From: Nitrospina sp.
GTDB taxonomy: Bacteria; Nitrospinota; Nitrospinia; Nitrospinales; Nitrospinaceae
Assembly (NCBI GenBank): GCA_004357365.1
Contig: SMVT01000005.1
Location: forward strand, 1 to 37,508
Direction of reading: 5' to 3'
DNA: 37,508 nucleotides
Numbering within the stretch: the stretch's first letter is position 1; each line of letters opens with the position of its first letter. Below, piece by piece: positions 34,088-37,508 of the stretch. Below the pieces are notes generated by a model. That model saw only the letters and a program-made list of their open reading frames with translations. It ran no database searches and had not been told where the DNA came from. A program made the translations under genes and the position numbers.

Positions 34088-34131
34088 GACCCGCGCGGGA
34101 CGGGAGGCGAAATTTAACGATAGACCGGCCC

Positions 34132-34569
34132 TCACAGGCGGGAGCAGAGGTCTTTGGAATGGGATGCGGTGTCCACCTTTTCGATGGCTTCCAGGATTTT
34201 TCCGTCTTCGCCGATCACATAGGAAATGCGGGAGGCGTAGGCGTCCTCCTTGCTTTGAATGGCGTGGTAGGCCATCGCAATTTCCCGCCCGACGTCGCAC
34301 AGCAGAGGATAGGAAAAATCGAATTTTTCCGCGAAGGCTTTGTTCTCCGCCTCGCTGTCCAAGCTGACGCCCAAAACCACGGTGCCCTTTTCCTGGAACT
34401 TAGCGTAATCGTCGCGAAATCCCTTGCCCTCCATGGTGCAGCCGGGGGTATCGGCTTTCGGGTAAAACCAGAGGATAACTTTTTTCCCTCGGAAATCCTT
34501 CAACGTGACCCGGTTTCCATTGTGGTCGTTGACCAGAAAATCGGGCGCTGCGCTACCTACTTCCAGCAT
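34132..34569 (-). CDS. bcp: thioredoxin-dependent peroxiredoxin Bcp/PrxQ
   Basis: APDFLVNDHNGNRVTLKDFRGKKVILWFYPKADTPGCT with the peroxidatic Cys. ATG 34569 is preceded by GGAAGGAG. Confidence 0.9.
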   Translation of the reverse strand: MLEVGSAAPDFLVNDHNGNRVTLKDFRGKKVILWFYPKADTPGCTMEGKGFRDDYAKFQEKGTVVLGVSLDSEAENKAFAEKFDFSYPLLCDVGREIAMAYHAIQSKEDAYASRISYVIGEDGKILEAIEKVDTASHSKDLCSRL

Positions 34570-34684
34570 GGCAATTCTCCTTCCTAGCAATTGGCGAATC
34601 AGGGTTTTAAAGATAAATTTGATGAGGGACCAGCGAATCACAAGGGTTAGATGCCGGGGATGGGGTGAGGGAGTAAGAATTTTT

Positions 34685-34942
34685 TCAGGACGGCGGGGAC
34701 CCCGGATCCTCTTTCCTGCCGGATGATTGGGAGCGGCCTTTCACTCCCCGGCCGAGAAAGGAGGTCAGGTCGATGCCGTAATAGCGGAATGCCGCCAGAA
34801 TGAGGGCGCAGGCCGCCGCCTCGTCGAGGTTGCCGATGATGGGCAAATTATCGGGAATCAGTTCAAGCACGCCGGCGGTGGGGTTCACCAGATACACCAG
34901 GCTGAGCAGACCGGCGAAGAGAACCAGGATATTCTTGATCAC
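34685..34942 (-). CDS. DUF1232 (YkvA-like) small membrane protein, 85 aa
   Basis: The GTG start at 34942 overlaps the ispD TGA stop (GTGA). VLELIPDNLPIIGNLDEAAACALILA matches the DUF1232 signature (IPD.IP.IG..DD). Only the last 85 codons of the 200-aa track ORF look real. Confidence 0.62.
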   Translation of the reverse strand: MIKNILVLFAGLLSLVYLVNPTAGVLELIPDNLPIIGNLDEAAACALILAAFRYYGIDLTSFLGRGVKGRSQSSGRKEDPGSPPS

Positions 34943-35658
34943 GAGAGGCTCCCCGCCCGCGCTCCGGGTCCGTTGGCTTTTACTTGTGCGGCGATGGTTT
35001 CCGCCAGGGCCAGGTCTTCGGTTTGGGTTATTTTGATGTTGAACTCCGAGCCGGCAATCACTTTCACTTCCTTGCCCAGGTATTCGATCAACGCCCCTTC
35101 GTCGGTGCCATAGAATCGATCGGCCCGTGCCTTGGCAAAGGCCTCTTTCAAGAGCGAGACCCGAAAGGTTTGCGGCGTTTGGACGCGCCACAGGCCTTCG
35201 CGGTCGACCGTGCGATCGACCCGGCCGTCGGCATTCACTTTTTTGAGGGTATCTGTCACCGGAATCGCGGTGATCGCCGCTCCACATTCAAGGGCGGCTT
35301 CGATGGTTGCGTTGATCAGGTCCGGCGAGACGAACGGGCGGACGCCGTCGTGCACGATCACGATATCGGTTGCAAGATCCAGACTCTGCAAACCGTTGCC
35401 GACGGAGTCCTGGCGCTCCTTCCCACCAACGATGACCTTCGCCACTTTGGGGTGGGCGTCCGTCATCTGTTTGCGGGTCGGCTCGACTTCCTTTTCCGAC
35501 ACCACCAGGACGATTTCGTCGACGGCGGAACATCGCTCCAGCGCGGACAGCGTGTGATGGAGAATCGGTTTGCCGTCCAGGAGTAAAAACTGTTTGGGAA
35601 TATCGGAGCCCATTCGGAGCCCCAGTCCGGCGGCGGGTATGATGGCCGACACTTTCAT
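34939..35658 (-). CDS. ispD: 2-C-methyl-D-erythritol 4-phosphate cytidylyltransferase IspD
   Basis: VSAIIPAAGLGLRMGSDIPKQFL..., VHDGVRPF, RVQTPQTF. Confidence 0.92.
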   Translation of the reverse strand: MKVSAIIPAAGLGLRMGSDIPKQFLLLDGKPILHHTLSALERCSAVDEIVLVVSEKEVEPTRKQMTDAHPKVAKVIVGGKERQDSVGNGLQSLDLATDIVIVHDGVRPFVSPDLINATIEAALECGAAITAIPVTDTLKKVNADGRVDRTVDREGLWRVQTPQTFRVSLLKEAFAKARADRFYGTDEGALIEYLGKEVKVIAGSEFNIKITQTEDLALAETIAAQVKANGPGARAGSLS

Positions 35659-35690
35659 AAGCAGGCTATCCTTGGAGAGTATTCCGGCGG

Positions 35691-36932
35691 TTACCTGGAA
35701 CCTTTCAATTTTTTCAAAATACGATCGTTTCGGGATATATTAACGTTGGCTTTGCGCTTCAGATCCGCCAGGACATCCATCAGTTTTTTGTTGCCGCCCT
35801 TGCCGCCCTGCGATGCAAGGAGTTGCTCCAGCTTGCCCTGCTTTTCGGCAATGGCTTTCAGGATTTCAATGAGTTTGGTTATTTTTTCGCTGGTCAGTTT
35901 GACCTCGGCCCGGTTTTCGTCGATTTTCTGGTTCACCTCGCTGGCATTGGTCAACATCGATTTGGTGGTATCGATTCCCTGATTGTGAATGGCCTGCAAG
36001 CCTTCGGCCAGCTTGTTGATTTTCTGATCCGTGATCTGGAGGTTTTGTTTGATCAAATCGGCGTCCTGCATGGCCTGATCATTTTGCGCCTGCAGGGCCT
36101 GCTGGGTTTTGTCAATCTCCGCCAGCCTTTTATCCAGAATACCCTTGAGAGCCACCATGGTTTCCCGGGCATACCGGACGTTTTCATCGGATTTGGCCTG
36201 GTTGCCGCCGAGTGCGTCTATCTCGATTGCGGCGGCTTGCTGTTCCTTCAGGCTTTTGGAAAGAATGTCGATGATCTTTTTATTCTGCTCGCTACGGGCT
36301 TTGCTGTTTTCGACCAGCCCGGCCTGCAGAACGGCCAGTGCTTCGCTGGTGTTGGCGCCTCCTTTCGCCATCTCCGTCATGATGGCGATGGATTTATCCA
36401 CCCGGGCATTTTGATTCCTTAAGTGTTTCTCATTACTTTTAATCAATCCCTGGAAAGCGCCTTGATTTAACTCGGCAATTTGTTCCATATCCTTGGCCAT
36501 GCTGTCTTTCAAGCTCTCAAGTTGGGTGGCGACCTCCTGTTTGATTGCATCCAGTTGTTCCAGGCGTTTGCCCAGAGCCTGAATCTGCTGCATGGCCCGC
36601 ACCTGGCTCTGCTCCATGGAACTCTGAATCCCCGGAATCATATTCGACAAAGTGTCTATTTGCTCGCTCAGGTTATTGTTTCCCGACCTGACATTTCGGA
36701 CCTCGGTTTTGACCCGGCTGATTTCGATTTTAATTTTTTTGATGTCCGAGTTGATGCGATCGATTTGGGGAATCACTTTCTCCACAATCCGGGTGTTGAG
36801 TTTTTTGATTTCCAGCAAAATCCTTTCCCATTTGTTGTTGTCGCCTCCGAATAACTGGGCAGACGCTTCGGAGGCAAACAAACCCAGGAAGGCACACACG
36901 ATACAGGACGCAGTAACCGATTTCATTCTCAT
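35691..36932 (-). CDS. secreted all-alpha / coiled-coil protein of unknown function (about 413 aa)
   Basis: Signal peptide MRMKSVTASCIVCAFLGLFASEASA|Q. The remainder is Q/K/E/N/I/L-rich with heptad-like periodicity, interrupted by short Gly-containing breaks, and has no recognisable globular domain. It lies directly downstream of pal. Confidence 0.7.
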   Translation of the reverse strand: MRMKSVTASCIVCAFLGLFASEASAQLFGGDNNKWERILLEIKKLNTRIVEKVIPQIDRINSDIKKIKIEISRVKTEVRNVRSGNNNLSEQIDTLSNMIPGIQSSMEQSQVRAMQQIQALGKRLEQLDAIKQEVATQLESLKDSMAKDMEQIAELNQGAFQGLIKSNEKHLRNQNARVDKSIAIMTEMAKGGANTSEALAVLQAGLVENSKARSEQNKKIIDILSKSLKEQQAAAIEIDALGGNQAKSDENVRYARETMVALKGILDKRLAEIDKTQQALQAQNDQAMQDADLIKQNLQITDQKINKLAEGLQAIHNQGIDTTKSMLTNASEVNQKIDENRAEVKLTSEKITKLIEILKAIAEKQGKLEQLLASQGGKGGNKKLMDVLADLKRKANVNISRNDRILKKLKGSR

Positions 36933-37004
36933 GGTTTTTTCCCGATGATATAGAAGAATGTACAGGCAAACATGATTCCCGGGCCAATGCAGGTGGCCCG
37001 ACAT

Positions 37005-37043
37005 GAAAAAAAAACAGCCGCAACAAGTATACCCTGTTGCGGC
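37005..37043 (-). terminator. Rho-independent terminator after pal
   Basis: Reverse strand reads GCCGCAACA-ggguauacu-UGUUGCGGC (37043-37017) followed by UGUUUUUUUUU (the plus-strand A run at 37006-37014). It lies 45 nt after the pal stop. Confidence 0.65.
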
Positions 37044-37087
37044 CGCTCCTTATGAGCTATTTTTTTTGAAACTGCTAAAACTGCCGA

Positions 37088-37508
37088 CTAATCAGCAACT
37101 GTGAAATGCGCTCGCCGATTCTCCCACCAACAGTTTTCATTGCTTTGGAAACAGAAGGGTTTCTCTTCCCCATAACTGATGGTATACAGCCGGCTTTCAT
37201 CCACACCCAAAGAGATCAGGTATTTCTTGGTCTGCAAAGCACGGCGTTCTCCGAGACCCAGGTTGTAATTATTGGAGCCTCGTTCATCCGCATGTCCCTG
37301 AATTTCCACTCGGGCATTGGGATTTTGTTGCAACCATTCCGAATTGGACCGAAGGATCGTCTTGGTCTGACTGTCCAAATTGTCACGATCGTACTCAAAA
37401 TGGATGTCCTGCAATTGCTTTTCATCCTCGAAAGGAAGGACGCGTGCTTCCTGCACGGGTTCCGTTTCCGCTGCCGGCGCAACAAACACCTCATCCTGCA
37501 TTTGCATG
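37088..37508 (-). CDS. pal: peptidoglycan-associated lipoprotein Pal (OmpA-like C-terminal domain); N-terminus beyond the window
   Basis: IHFEYDRDNL...VEIQGHADERGSNNYNLGLGERRA...YLISLGV...ISYGEEKP...CWWENRRAHF is canonical Pal/OmpA_C. No lipoprotein signal is seen, so the true start is probably off-window. Confidence 0.85.
   Translation of the reverse strand, partial: MQMQDEVFVAPAAETEPVQEARVLPFEDEKQLQDIHFEYDRDNLDSQTKTILRSNSEWLQQNPNARVEIQGHADERGSNNYNLGLGERRALQTKKYLISLGVDESRLYTISYGEEKPFCFQSNENCWWENRRAHFTVAD

Noticed and set aside
32994-34367. 457-aa ORF on the + strand
   Set aside because: It is antisense to the DHS-like and bcp genes. It has a shadow-ORF composition (G/A/R/V/D-rich) and no domain signatures. 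The opposite-strand genes have clear family motifs.
34685-35287. 200-aa - strand ORF overlapping ispD
   Set aside because: The first 115 codons overlap ispD out of frame and are Arg/Gly/Pro-rich noise. Only the last 85 codons, from GTG 34942, carry the DUF1232 signature, so only that part is called.

Overview
This looks like a core chromosomal segment of a GC-rich diderm bacterium; Pal, a BamE-like lipoprotein and lipobox proteins are present. I support about 38 protein-coding genes, nearly all housekeeping. They include: a partial DegT-type aminotransferase with a GlpD-like FAD oxidoreductase; a MacB/LolD-type ABC ATPase with a double-FtsX permease; recJ and rnhB; an M48 lipoprotein; the operon ffh-rpsP-KH-rimM-trmD-(SPOUT methyltransferase)-rplS; queC and queE; an SDR; moaB; rluD; rodA and rng; an M28 peptidase; a bamE-like gene; a NarK-type nitrate/nitrite porter; ychF; a 2-hydroxyacid dehydrogenase; mutY; a CDF transporter; an ABM monooxygenase; a hybrid histidine kinase; a deoxyhypusine-synthase homolog; bcp; ispD; and a partial pal. 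I found no rRNA, tRNA, CRISPR array, transposase or integrase, and no recognisable defence or toxin module. I did not find a convincing multi-gene novel system and say so plainly. The parts the gene map does not explain are: (1) an 817-nt gene-free, AT-richer gap between rluD and rodA with two TTTTCCACA DnaA-box-like 9-mers, three AAAATTTTG motifs and a perfect 13-bp-arm inverted repeat; (2) a modular family of short hairpin-forming intergenic repeats shared by at least five spacers, including a roughly 180-nt composite element with a three-way-junction core between queE and mutY; (3) an M48 lipoprotein whose HExxH catalytic Glu is Gln and whose near-consensus promoter predicts a leaderless mRNA; (4) a secreted all-coiled-coil protein of about 410 aa at the cpoB position after pal, preceded by a strong intrinsic terminator; (5) several AT-rich orphan or sensor genes. 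All functional calls rest on my own recognition of translated motifs and synteny; no searches were run.
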